Shown here piece after piece: positions 34,101-46,711 of a stretch of 64,000 bases of DNA; the first letter of the stretch is position 1; each line of letters starts with the position of its first letter. The notes under the pieces are model-generated. The model saw only the letters and a program-made list of their open reading frames with translations. It searched no databases and had not been told where the DNA came from. The stretch spans positions 1,116,001 to 1,180,000 of the forward strand of contig CATNEN010000010.1 in the NCBI GenBank assembly GCA_950097015.1. Direction: 5' to 3'. A program made the translations under genes and the position numbers. This DNA comes from Macrostomum hystrix. Taxonomy: Eukaryota > Animalia > Platyhelminthes.

Positions 34101-37100
34101 GCGGGTGGGTTAAACTTTCAAGGCGAATGTCAAGCGAAGCCGCACCTCAGGCGCCATCCAGTAGGGCGTGCCGATGAAGGACATTCGCTTGCCCAGAGTG
34201 GCGGTGATCTGCGCCGAGATGCCAAAGTCGGCCAGCTTGACGCTGCCGTCTCGAGTGAGCAGGATGTTGGCACCTTTGATGTCGCGATGGATCTGCTGCT
34301 TGGCGTGCATGTGCACGAGGCCTCGGACGGTCTCCCGGATCACGAAGGCGATGGTTGGCTCCTCGAATGGCCGCCTTGTGGTGGTGTAGATGTCCTGCAG
34401 CGACTTGCCGCCGCAGTACTCCATGGCGATCCACAGATTGGTCTGGTTGAGCAGCCGGTTCTCACTGCGACCAGAGCAACAAGGAATTAGTCTAGGATTG
34501 CACTTCAAATAGCTAGCTAATTAAATTAATGCATTGAGGATATTTGTCTATGGTAAAATCTGAGCCAGAGCGCACAATACTAATTTTTACAGCTGCGCTT
34601 CTAACTAAAAAAAGACTGACTTCAGAGCCAGCCAATGAAAGCCAAGTTGACCGCAGCAACTCACGTGATGAATGCGCCAAAGAATTCAACAATGTTGCCA
34701 TGGTGACAGTCCTTGAGTACGAACAGTTCGGTGAGAATGGCTTTTAGATCGTCTGTTGGGTCAATCTTCACACACTTCAGCGCAGCATAGGTGTTCGTGG
34801 CTTTGTGCTTGGCCTAAAGTAAAAAATATATATATAAATTGAGATTTTGCCGCTGTCAATTTCCTACTATCATTCCATTTATAAGTATTTTTTCTAGAAA
34901 TTATAATACGAGTACCAGTCAATGTATTTTCTTCGAAAAAAAACAAAGAAACAATTTTGAAGCTACAAAAATATTTTGGACAGCAATTTTATTATGCTTT
35001 GCTAACTTTATCTACTTATATGACTAAAGTTAATGACTTAATACTCCGGAATATTTTAAGACTGCTGCCTTCGAAACAAGCTTAGATGTATCCCTGAATG
35101 CTGAAGAGTATTCTCGTGCATGTTCTAGGACACCATCAAAGTCTAGGATTAAGCCTGGTGCACAGGAACGCAGATCTTCAGCTTCAGCTACTCGCCTCTG
35201 ACCAGACAGCCAAAAGCCTGAACATAGACAAGCGGCATATACACAGCGGCATCACGTCCCCTGCCTCTGGAACTGATGGCCCTGCCTCTACTACTATCTG
35301 GCAGCCTTCTTGGCCACTACATAAAACTTTCACAACTACACAACTATCAGCAGACTAATAAGAAATAAATATATTTACTTTCCGCAGTTTATCAAAAGTG
35401 TTCAAATTACACTGCAAAAGTAGCCCATATTTTATTTGCTTGGATATGGCATTATGGCATATATGCATTACGCTCAGCTTTTTTGTAAGTTAGAACTAAC
35501 TTTCACTTCAGTTTATGCTAACCAAGCATGCAAATTAATGTCTGGCTACAATTACGTAAATCTGAATATTTGTGATTTTCTAGAAAACGGTGAGAATTTT
35601 TAATTTAAAACACACTTTCAATGGTCTTCCAAATGTTCAGATAAAGTTATGCAGTTGTGATTTGAAAAATGACAATACTATTACATGCCATGGGTAAGTC
35701 ATACGTAACATTTGCTTACATGGCTAGCTAAGAGATAGATAATAAAAATCAATCAAATATTTTTGTTTCCATAAATAATTTGTGCTTGCAATTAAGTCAA
35801 TGTAAGTACTCGTAATATGCAACATATTTGCTTACATGGCTAGCTAGTAGATAAATAATCAAGAATTAATAAATAATGTTAGTTTCTGTACATAACTTCT
35901 CTATGCACCAATGATTTATTATTTTCTTATAACTTGCAAGTGGAGTCAGATAATTTTTTCAGTTGAAACTGTAATCTAAAACTTGTCATTACATATACTT
36001 TCAATTAGAAAAAAATTGTAATTCCTAAAAACCTACTGTTTTCACTTTTTTACTAACTAGTCTATTTTGCGCTCAGCTTCTGCTTCTGCTGATGAAATGG
36101 GCGAGGTGAGTACAATTTAAACGAGAAGCTTTATTCTAGGCAACGATTCTACAGTCTTCTTTTGAATGAAATGATCACCACTTCTGTATGTGAAGAAATC
36201 AACTTTGTGAGCAAGCAAACTCTGAGTAAGTATCTGAACCTGTCCAGCAATTGTCCTCTGCAAAGTTCTAGTCGCACTCGCATTATCTCTGGAATCTGAA
36301 TCTGATGAAGAGCCTTCCGCTGAATCTCGATCCTCATCTTGAAAGCCAAAGCGTCTAGCAAGCGGAATTATTCTCGAACTGTAAGTAAAAACATTATGCG
36401 TCGTGTCTACAGTAGGCAGTGACTCTGGATTCAGAACATCAAATATTGAGTAGTCATCTTCAAGAAAAAACTTAGTAGTTCTGTAATAATAATGCTATTA
36501 ATAATATTGGCGCGAATATCATTTAGTGCTGAAAATTGTGTAGAAATGCCTCTCTCTCTGCTGTATCTCTACAAGCTTGTCTTCTTACATTGAGACATGA
36601 ATGCTTAACCTCATACATTTGTTTTCCATCACGGCCTCTAGGACATAAGAATTTTTACTTAGATAGGTCTCTTGTGCGACATCGTGCACGGAATTCTGTT
36701 TCCTCACAAGGCCAAATAACTTTCCGACATCTGCAGCTATTCAAGAAATCTGCTATTCATGGACCATCTGCTGTTTTTTAGTTTTTAATGATAGAATTAG
36801 GTCACTATGGCGTTTACGCAGGCCAATGAATACTCCTCTTGCTTTTTGAAACTGTATTGATTGAAACTCCAGTTGCTTTAAAACATATATGAAGAGTTGT
36901 AAAAAATAGTAGCGAAGATTCTGCAGTGTCTAGCAATCCTGACGCGGTAACTCTGGTATCTTCATCAAAATCCGAGGATGGCGAGTTCATGTTCTCCAAT
37001 TTTTTTAGCAGTAGAAAATATGACTTTCGGACAACTTCTATACAAATACTTTAGATGCAACCCATCTTATGCGATATATACTCTTGAGTTGATACAAGAC

Positions 37101-40100
37101 AAGCTCCATTGCTTTAGAAGTTTGAGCTAGAGATGCCTTGCGTTTAACTGCATGACGCATATAGAATTTATGAAGAGCATTTATGCTTGAATCCAAATTC
37201 TGCATGTATGGCAAGCTCTCGATGGCATCATATACGAGCGTATTGCAAGTTCCAACTTATGTGTTGCGCAATGATAGTGGAAAAAGTTCTTTTTTTGCCC
37301 AAGGCCTCAGCAAACTTACCATCCCAGCAAGATTTTCAGATGCACCATCAGTTGTAACACCCCATAATCGTTGAGAAATATTTGTTTGTAGGTTATCAGA
37401 AGTGAACACTGCAATGTGCATTTCATATAAGTTACGTCCAGTTTCAACTTCAGTGAGACGCTCAAATCGATAAAAATACATAATAGGCTTGTTATTCTCA
37501 AGCATTCTAAAGTAGACCATTAAGTAGTTATTTAAGTGTATATAAGAAATTGTGTCCAATACGATTGCAATCGGAAGATCCTTCGATGTCTCTTTTTTAA
37601 TGTAGTTTATCAGTGAGCTGTGCATTGTTGTGCTGATTGATGCAGCCATGGCAGTGGCACTTTTTCTGTGCCTATAGTGAGTGAACCATATCTAAACAAT
37701 TCTTTTATTGTATTTCTATTATCTGGTACTGTGCACTGAATGGAAAATTTGATTTGACCTCCGCATAGACAAAACACGAGCAGTAGTCTCATCTCTTTTG
37801 GTTTTTGCCAATTGTGCTGTATTATTGAACTGTTCAATTTGCCTTGAAAGTATTGAACTTTGCTTTTCTTTCATCCACTGCACAGCCTCACTATGAAGTG
37901 CATTTGATGAATGCTCCTGAAGTTTGCTTCGTACACAATTTTTTTCGTGCTGGCTTGAAATGTATTCATCTATGATGTAGCAAGTTTAGATTTTATTTGC
38001 TGCGCGAGAGCTACTGCTCGTGGAACGTTTCTTGCATACTGAAGGCAGAAACGGTACTGTATTGAAGACTTCAGCAAATTTTCAGCATTTTGATTAAATA
38101 TGAACCACGTCTTCATTTCATTATTTACAAATGATCTCGAGAATGATGTCCAAAAAATGTCAACAAATAATTAAAAGGGAGCAACAAGGTTTTTACGATG
38201 GAAAACTGCTCTCAAATGTCAATTTTTTAACAGTAATAAAATTTACATACCTTCCTTGATGTGTTTCCAGAGAATCCAGCTACTCTTCATGAAAATCTTC
38301 TAAATCCTTATTTGCGAGCTTGTAAATTTACTAACTGGAAAATATGTCCTTTGTCAGTAATAAGCGCTCATTGGCAACATTACCGACGCATATTTTTTCT
38401 TCTGAGGAAGTTCATCAGCTTCAGTTGTCTGCCTGTCAGTTGAACTGTCTGAATCGCCTTCACTATCAAGATCAACTCTACCTGCAGCCACGCAACTGCG
38501 TCTCTTCATAGACTGCTGCATTTTTATCTGCTTACTAATTTCTAACTGTAGCTGTAGTGCACTTGTTTCCTGATCTGCACCCAAAATTTCTATTTTCTCT
38601 TCTTATGTCTTATTGCATATTGTCCTTGTTCAACAATATCAGCCGCTTGTACAGCTTGGTCTCTTGAATTGAATTGAATTCTGAATTCTGCAAATTCAAT
38701 GGCCTTAGCCAACTCACTTCTGTGTATACTTGCTGAAAATTCTTCAGGTAATCTTAGAGTTCGAGTTGCTGGTAAACTTGCAGAGGCTGCTGGTTCGAAA
38801 TCAGATTCACCAGAAGGAACATTTACAATAGCTCCTATATTCTCTCCTAAAATCCAATGGAACCTGAGCAATAATTTTCTTCTCCTGGTGTCACAAGTCC
38901 AAGCCTCCATCTATTAAAAAGCAAGGGTTTTGTTCCTCGTTTGCTGATATAGGACACCTGTATATTATAATCCACATGACCAACTTCATCACATTCTCAC
39001 GCTGGTTTAAGCATATAGTCCAGTCTGTTTTTTTAAGTGGAATATATTGATTCAAAAAGAGCATCTGCTATATTATCAAATAATTGCTTCTAGCATATAT
39101 TATCAAATCAAGTACATTGAACCTAAGTAATTGCGGGTATTCTGCAAGTTCTTCATTAACTAGAAGAGTCTCTTGAAAATCTGACCAACTTAATGTTGCA
39201 TACATCTTTGTTAGATGCAACTGTCCAATTCTATCTCTGGTAGCATCAGATCTAAAAAGTCTCTTTGGTAAAGAAGAAAAATAGCCAATGCACTTTACCC
39301 ATTCCCATTCTTTAAAGCATTTGGTTCAGTTGGGAGCACCTTGCTTGCTGAATGAAAGAAGGAATGAATTACTGACTGTGATAATCCACATGGGGCAGTC
39401 TTTGATTGTAATCCAGCCACAACTTTTTCTTTGTTGCACCAGTGAAGTACATACATAAATGTACATTTCCTCTTGCAGCATTAGAACAAATCAGTTTCAG
39501 TTCAATTAAACCTGGAATATTCATGTGCTCCAATATTTGCTTAATCTGTATTCAGCTCACTTATAACAATAGAGTATCATCTTCTCTGGGCTGACAGTTG
39601 GTCAAGATAATAATAGCAGAGAATACAATACAAAAGATGTACATAGTGGTTCTGATTTTTACCATTCAACTGCATTCTTTGTAAGCTTTTTGATGTTGAA
39701 TAATGAGTTTGAATTGGCTTTTGCATGTGCAAAATATTACTTATATATTATTATAATTACTTAAATAATACTTTTACCTTTATAATACTTACTTTTCAAA
39801 TTACTCATATACTTACTTATATAAAATAGTACATACAAGCATGTATGCCTATGCTATGTTATATGCAGGCAATATAATGAGCATTATTGTTCATTTTAGG
39901 CTTTTCAGACTTACTCAAATATGCTTGTAGTTGTTAGTATTCCTTTTCCATTAATAAGCATGCTTTAAATTACAAAATGATAAATGATAAATTATAAAAT
40001 AGTATAAAAAGCATGCCGAAATTGTCAATATGTATGTTCATACATGTGCAACACCCGACTGACCCGGCCAAACTGGCCGGGTGAAACGAGGGCCAAGCAA

Positions 40101-41753
40101 GGTAAGTCGCAAAAACCAATTGACCAAGCACAAAAAAAATCAAAGGGGGGACCAAGGGACAAAAAAGGAAGGTGTGAAGAAAAGGAAAAACGGGAGAGAA
40201 AAAGAGAGCAAATGAGAGCAAACTAAGTTGTAAATAGAGCAATGAAACAAAGTCGCAAATGAGAGCAAAAACTAAGTCACACGGCCGGCTAAGATTTGGG
40301 AGGTTGCGCATTTATGTGTATGTTACATTTCCACTTCTAAAGTCCCACAGCAAGTTGAGGTTGCTGTGGGACTTTGGAGGTTGTGCATGTATGTCATACA
40401 TGCGCAACACCCGGCCGAGCAAGGTAAGTCGCAAAAACCAATTGACCAAACGCAAAAAACAAAGGGGGGACCAAGGGACAAAAAAGGAAGGCATGAAGAA
40501 AAGGAAAAAGGGGAGAGAAAAAGAGAGCAAATAAGAGCAAACTAAGTTGTAAATTAATCAATGAAACGAACTAAGTCGCAAATAAAAGCAAACTAAATCA
40601 TAAATAGAGCAAAAACTAAGTCGCACGGCTGGCTAAGATTTGGGAGGTTGCGCATGTATGATGTATGTTGCAACATAGGCGTAGGAATGATTAAAAAGTG
40701 GGGGGCCAAGGCCAAGGGGAGGATCCATTTCCCCGAAAAAAAATCCCAAAAATGACAATTGTTATTATTTCAATATTGCCCTTGCAGTAAAAAATAGTAA
40801 AAAATAAGTAAAAAGTCTACATTTTGCATTTAAAATGTGGGGGGCCAGATCTCATTACTGGCCCCCCCTCAACTTAAAAAGTGGGGGGGGGGCCATGGCC
40901 CCACTGTCCCCCCCGTTCCTACGCCTATGTGTTGCAATACAATCATTTAGATATAGAAATTATATTACTTTCTTGCTTTATATAAAAAGTTTCTTATTTT
41001 ATTTTAGTACAGAAATAGTTAATACCCTATAGTTGTCATTGATTTAGTAATAATAATATAGTAATTTTACTATCTAACAAAGTAATAAAAGCCACTTTAG
41101 GAACATTGATCATTTTGGTAATAACTGATTTGGTAACAACTGATTTTACAATATGATGAATCAAAGTTATGATATAATAACTAAAAGTAGTACATTTCAA
41201 CCAAAATAAATATGCAATAAATACTAACTCTAAGTACAGCTTTATATTTTCTATTATGAGTGCATGCTATTTTGTTTCTGTTCTTTCTGTCACAATTTAA
41301 ACTTTAACATATATAGTTGCATTTTTTGTTTTTCATAATATGCATTACAATACTCACACTATTAATGAGTAAACAGCTTGATTTCTGGCTAAAAGCATAG
41401 GTCAGAAATATTACCTTTAGAAATGAAAGAAAATATATAGCTAACTAGATCAGATTTGTTACCAAAAACTGTTTTATTTTTTACCAATGTAGACTATTAC
41501 ACTGAGAAGCCATGTATGTGTAAACTAAAAACTAGGCCCTAGCCTATAATCCCTATATTACTTAAGTGCAGATCAGATAAGGAGAAGTGGTGGCTACATG
41601 ATAAATTACCTTGTATACATGACCATATGTGCCACTTCCAATCTCTTTTATGTTTTCGTAGAACTCCCATGGATCATTACCATTAATTATATTGTGCAAT
41701 TGTGGATGCTTCTGTAAAATAAGCTCACGGGGGAATATTTTTTGAGCATTCAT
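28108..41753 (-). CDS. MAP4K: GCK-I family Ste20-like kinase (MAP4K3/MAP4K5/happyhour-like) with C-terminal CNH domain, 10 exons, about 917 aa
   Basis: Exons 41753-41610, 34813-34665, 34464-34146, 33393-33043, 32825-32497, 30878-30837, 30350-30263, 29783-29217, 29093-28701 and 28479-28108 are all GT-AG and phase-consistent (2754 nt). Motifs: [61 protein letters not shown], a Pro-rich linker, and CNH ([12 protein letters not shown]..., KIPRTKGC). The specific paralogue is not resolved. Confidence 0.92.
28510..28690. repeat. ~21-bp degenerate repeat in the last MAP4K intron
   Basis: gtctgtctgttctgggtgtc units. Confidence 0.75.
29818..30085. repeat. 33-bp tandem repeat in a MAP4K intron
   Basis: Unit cagtgtcaaaggtggtcaggtgacctcctctcc. 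Confidence 0.85.
31040..32425. repeat. 29-bp minisatellite in MAP4K intron 5
   Basis: Unit gagggtcacagcccaggccctgaaggagt. Confidence 0.94.
33465..34085. repeat. Two blocks (33465-33632 and 33988-34085) of a 25-bp repeat in MAP4K intron 3
   Basis: Unit cagccctgaaggata(a/t)gctgaagag. Both blocks lie in the same intron, one toward each end. Confidence 0.88.
36150..39650 (-). mobile_element. Decayed hAT-superfamily (ZNF862-like) transposase remnant in MAP4K intron 1
   Basis: Broken minus-strand ORFs: ...[22 protein letters not shown]... resembles the first catalytic Asp region, [12 protein letters not shown] resembles the TTDGAS..G motif, and [10 protein letters not shown] occurs near 36450. 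Multiple stops and frameshifts; the ends were not identified. Confidence 0.55.
40040..40660. repeat. Imperfect direct duplication of about 350 bp
   Basis: caacacccg...gcaaggtaagtcgcaaaaaccaattgacc...ggggggaccaagggacaaaaaaggaagg...ggctaagatttgggaggttgcgcat occurs twice (from about 40048 and about 40405). Confidence 0.8.
40674..40929. mobile_element. hAT-type MITE, 256 bp
   Basis: Perfect 14-bp TIR: CATAGGCGTAGGAA (40674-40687) and TTCCTACGCCTATG (40916-40929). It is flanked by the exact 8-bp TSD TGTTGCAA (40666-40673 and 40930-40937). Confidence 0.9.
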
Positions 41754-43164
41754 TACTTAAAATGTAACTTTGCTAAAACTTTCAAAACTGGATAATATTG
41801 CTTAGATAAACAGAACAGATGAAAAAAGTATAAAATACCACTCAGATATTATTGCGGAGGCATCGCAGGCTTAACCATCGTATTTTTTTCGGCTAAATTT
41901 GAAAACCTGGATGAGACATCTTCAGAATAAACTGCGATGGTAAATTAGCTCCAACCGTATATAACTTTTTTTATTGTGATTCTATGAAACAAAAAATCGT
42001 TTTTTAATAAGCAAAATTAATTATTTAAACAAAACTTTTCGAAAACAAACACAACCTTAAACTGCTTTTATTTTAACAAATTTAAATTTAGCAAATTAAA
42101 AAAAGTAACAATGATATACCATTTAGATTGATAAGCCTTACAGATAAGCTTGACTGCCCAAAAGTCTGTGAATTGCAAATGGCACTCGTGTCACACATAC
42201 GAAGGAAAATAGAGGCTGGTATCGCTGCTTACGATGTGACAATGCGTGCGTCGAGACGGCAAAAAAGTTTAAGCAGAACTTAATTTATACTTTATCTTGC
42301 AGTTTCGCAGTTTAGCAGTCGAGTCGAGTGAAAGAGTTGGAAGAAATACCATACAGTCCTGCACAATTAGAAAGCATTAGAAAGGCTTAAACAAATTGTG
42401 TAAATATATAACTGGATAATAAAATGCACTCCAGGGTACTCCGATTTTTTATTAGTAGGAAACTGTTTAAAGTATCATGTTATTACTCCAGTGTAAAAAT
42501 GTGTTGCACATGGAAACAAACAGAACAATATGAACAATATACAAACTATAAATAACAGAGACTAAACACGCATAGAAACAACCCGGGTTAATTAGACAGA
42601 GCACGATAACTAGCAAAGCTAACTGTGTTTAATCATCAATCGCTTGAAAGGTGAAAGAAAGGCAACAAAAGTAACACATTTAGTCAGAGAAAAATTTAAA
42701 AGGGAAGAGGTAAAAAACCAGCAGCTGTAAAGAAAACTTGACATTGCTGTCCTAATTTATGTGGTTAAGTTTTGCACCGCTTACATAAGAAGCAAAAGAC
42801 ATTGCAAAGAGCACGTGTTAAAGAGCTGGCCGACCAGCTTATGCAAATACTCAGGTGTGGGGATCTGCTACTCGAAAAGTTGATTTGGAATCAACCCTTG
42901 ATTATGAATTCGGGAAGATGAGTAGGATATTAATTAGATGATAAATTAGCTCGTAATACAATCGCTTATTGACTCCAGCAACTGACATTGTCTGAGTGCT
43001 AGTTTAAAGCTGTGGCATAACTATAACACTGCACCATTAACATGATTATTAATGTATTACTGAGGGTGGAGTTTTCGCTATCGACACAGTAAAGAAAATA
43101 TACAATAAAATACTGGGCACATAGCACGAAAATTGCTTTTGTCTGCCGACTATTAAGAAATAAA

Positions 43165-44080
43165 ACAGGGGAGGTTGAGAGGGAGACAGGGGAGGTGGAG
43201 AGGGAGACAGGGGAGGTGGAGAGGGAGAAAGAAGAGGTGGAGAGGGAGACAGGGGAGGTGGAGAGGGAGACAGAAGAGGTGGAGAGGGAGACAGGGGAGG
43301 TGGAGAGGGAGACAGAAGAGGTGGAGAGGGAGACAGGGGAGGTGGAGAGGGAGAAAGAAGAGGTGGAGAGGGAGACAGGGGAGGTGGAGAGGGAGACAGA
43401 AGAGGTGGAGAGGGAGACAGGGGAGGTGGAGAGGGAGACAGAAGAGGTGGAGAGGGAGACAGGGGAGGTGGAGAGGGAGACAGGGGAGGTGGAGAGGGAG
43501 ACAGGGGAGGTGGAGAGGGAGACAGGGGAGGTGGAGAGGGAGACAGAAGAGGTGGAGAGGGAGACAGGGGAGGTGGAGAGGGAGACAGAAGAGGTGGAGA
43601 GGGAGACAGGGGAGGTGGAGAGGGAGACAGGGGAGGTGGAGAGGGAGACAGGGGAGGTGGAGAGGGAGACAGGGGAGGTGGAGAGGGAGACAGAAGAGGT
43701 GGAGAGGGAGACAGGGGAGGTGGAGAGGAAGACAGAAGAGGTGGAGAGGGAGACAGGGGAGGTGGAGAGGGAGACAGGGGAAGTGGAGAGGGAGACAGGG
43801 GAGGTGGAGAGGGAGACAGGGGAAGTGGAGAGGGAGACAGGGGAGGTGGAGAGGGAGACAGGGGAGGTGGAGAGGGAGACAGAAGAGATGGAGAGGGAGA
43901 CAGGGGAGATGGAGAGGGAGACAGGGGAGGTGGAGAGGGAGACAGGGGAGGTGGAGAGGGAGACAGGGGAGGTGGAGAGGGAGACATGGAGAGGTGGAGA
44001 GGGAGACAGGGGAGGTGGAGAGGGAGACAGGGGAGGTGGAGAGGGAGACAGGGGAGGTGGAGAGGGAGACATGGAGAGGG
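43165..44080. repeat. 21-bp purine-rich minisatellite (ggggaggtggagagggagaca)
   Basis: Explains the four ORFs at 42999-44178. Confidence 0.94.
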
Positions 44081-44545
44081 AAACCCTACTCCAAAGACTT
44101 GAACAGCAGCTAAGGGATTTGTATACAAATCTGTGTCTGTATCTGTATTTTTGTAGATGGTCGCTGGGAAGTAGCTAACTGATATTCGAGCTCAGATAGC
44201 AGTAGTTGCCAGGATCGATAAAACAGACCCAGAACACATGGCCAACAAGTATTTACCCGCAATTCAATTCACTTAGCAACCACTTGCAGACCCAATCTGT
44301 CAGCCATCTAACTAAAGTGCTTACATAGGATAGGCATCATTAAAATTCGATCTAAATTCGACATAAAATTGCTGACTTTGACTAGACGAAGTAGACTAAA
44401 GATTGCCTCCTAGATTAAAAGCACTTAATAAAAGCGAGATAAATACTTCTTTAAATAAAACGGCAAAAGCTGAATGATAAAAACAGAAAAAACAAGAAAT
44501 AGCAAAACACAGAAGGGTTGGCTTATGGGCTTGTCCGAACAGTAT

Positions 44546-46711
44546 TTACGCCAACGCCTTGAAGGAGGAGGCTCGCGATGTCGCAGCGGCGGGCCCGGCA
44601 AACCACCAGCTGTGCACGTCCAACGGATATGAACTGTCGTCATCGTCGTGAAATGTGGACGAGACATCAACAGAGCAGACGGGCTGCCAGCCGCGCTGGA
44701 CGAAGAGGTCCAGGAGGCACAGCATCAGCTGGCGGCCGTGGCCCGCCATGCCGCTCTTACTGCTACCCCACGGCGACTGACGGAGTCGCATCTCCCAGTA
44801 CTGGCTGGGCCGCTCACGCTCCTCCTCGACGCCAAACTGGTAGCGCTGCCGCACGAGCTCCCTGGTGGCCTTCTGCAGATCCGGCGGCAGCTGAAGCAGC
44901 CACAGCCGGTTGGCGCTCACGGGAGCCACGCAGCAGTGCGGCCGGTCCTCACAGGGCCCGCGTACGAATAGTAGTGTGGCCTGCGGGTACGGGACATTGG
45001 GACTGGGACATTGGGACTGGGACATTGGGACTGGGACATTGGGACTGGGACATTGGGACTGGGACATTGGGACTGGTACATTGGGACTGGGACATTGGGA
45101 CTGGTACATTGGGACTGGGACATTGGGACTGGGACATTGGGACTGGGACATTGGGACTGGGACATTGGGACTGGGACATTGGGACTGGGACATTGGGACT
45201 GGGACATTGGGACTGGGACATTGGGACTGGGACATTGGGACTGGGACATTGGGACTCAAGGCTCACCTTGTCGTTGGACCGTCTAGCAAGCTCAACGGCG
45301 CTAAGCAGCCGCCAGCCCTTGCTGCGCAGGGCGGCCAGCAGGCCGAGCACCAGCATCCGGGCCTGGACGCTCTCCTCGCCGATGCAGTACCAGGGGCTGC
45401 CCTTAAGCTGAATCGCCAGGAAGCTGCAGTCGGCGCTGCCGCTGCCGACGCCGCTGACGCTGCTGCGGGAGACTCCGGCTCGCCAGAGCTGCGAAACCTG
45501 CAAGCGGTTTGGAAAAATCGGCTCAGTGCAGCGATGGGACTCACACAGTATACGAATTATGTTGTATACAAAAATATATGGCACGCAGTCCGCCTCACCT
45601 TGTTTGCAATGAACTCTTGAGTGTTTGGCTGCGCCCCAATAACCGTCATCATGTCCTTTCCCTTCAGACTGACTGCGAAGGTCTGGTCGCGCAGAAACGG
45701 CTGCTGGAGCAGTTCTGGCTTCGCTGACACCTGCTGGAAGAACAGGCAGCAATCCGTGTCCTTTGAGTGCGTGGCCAGCAGCAGCTGCCAGCCAAGGCTG
45801 TCGGCCTCCCGAATCAGCTGCACCAGCAGCTGCCGGGCCCTCGCTGACACGTCACCGATGACGGCAGTCCACGGCGCGCCGTCCAACTCGAACTGGTAGC
45901 AGCCCTCCGTGCAGATGCGGCAGTTGGGCCACAGTGCCTGCACGAAGGAGGAGAGGCCGCAGATCGCAAAAGACAAGCTTGAGCCATAAGATCATAAAGT
46001 ATATTGAGAATAATGTAATACTTAAAGAGTACTCAAAGACAGAAAATTACTCACATTTCACATTCCGCACACACTCAATGTGCGTGGAAGGACACACGTA
46101 CCCAAATTATAGAACCGTACTCAATGAGTGCTCAAGGACACACATGTATCCTAATTATAGAACCGTACTCAATGAGTGTTCAAGTGAATTACCTGAACGC
46201 ATCGCTGCACAGCCTGGATCAGCGAATTCTCGCAGCAGATAAGCTGAAGCAGGCAGCCGTCGCTGAATGCAACACAGGCCACGGGGCCGGAGGAGGAGAC
46301 GGGAACACCAGCTGATGCAGCCGCGGCGGCAGCGGCTCCTGCCGAGCCCATGGCGAAGCAGAGAGAGGAGACCTCGTACTTGCGGCACAGATCCGTGGCC
46401 AAAATGGGCCGGCAGCCGGTGCCGAGCAGGTGGCGCAGCAGGCCGCACAGGAGCCGCTTGGCCGCCACGCCGGCCTCCTGGCCGCTGTCAGCGTGAAACG
46501 GGGCGTCATTGAGGTGGTAGATGCGCAGGTCGTGCGGGTAGGCGGACTCGTGCTTCACGCCCAGCTCGAACTCCTTGCCGATGATGTCAGCCAGCTGGCT
46601 GCCCAGCTCAGCACCAGCGTTCAGCACCAACAGCTGGTTGGAGGAGCGCATCGTAATTGAGAACATGCCCTCAGGGATGGATAAGATGGGCGCGCTTAAT
46701 TCGTTGCCCAT
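44546..46711 (-). CDS. Uncharacterised protein, 4 exons, 507 aa, four internal ~120-aa repeats, N-terminal MGxxxS
   Basis: Exons 46711-46193, 45937-45599, 45497-45267 and 44980-44546 are all phase 0 with GT-AG. The recurring pattern is hydrophobic strand - L.(G/D)xP(W/F) - (A/G)RxL(L/V)xxLL - G(W/C)x(L/P)(L/V). Confidence 0.8.
44990..45256. repeat. 14-bp minisatellite (gggacattgggact) filling intron 3 of the uncharacterised gene
   Basis: Directly visible; it abuts the acceptor. Confidence 0.92.

Noticed and set aside
42999-44178. Extensin-like (SPPP), Arg-rich and Glu-rich ORFs
   Set aside because: All derive from one 21-bp purine-rich repeat.
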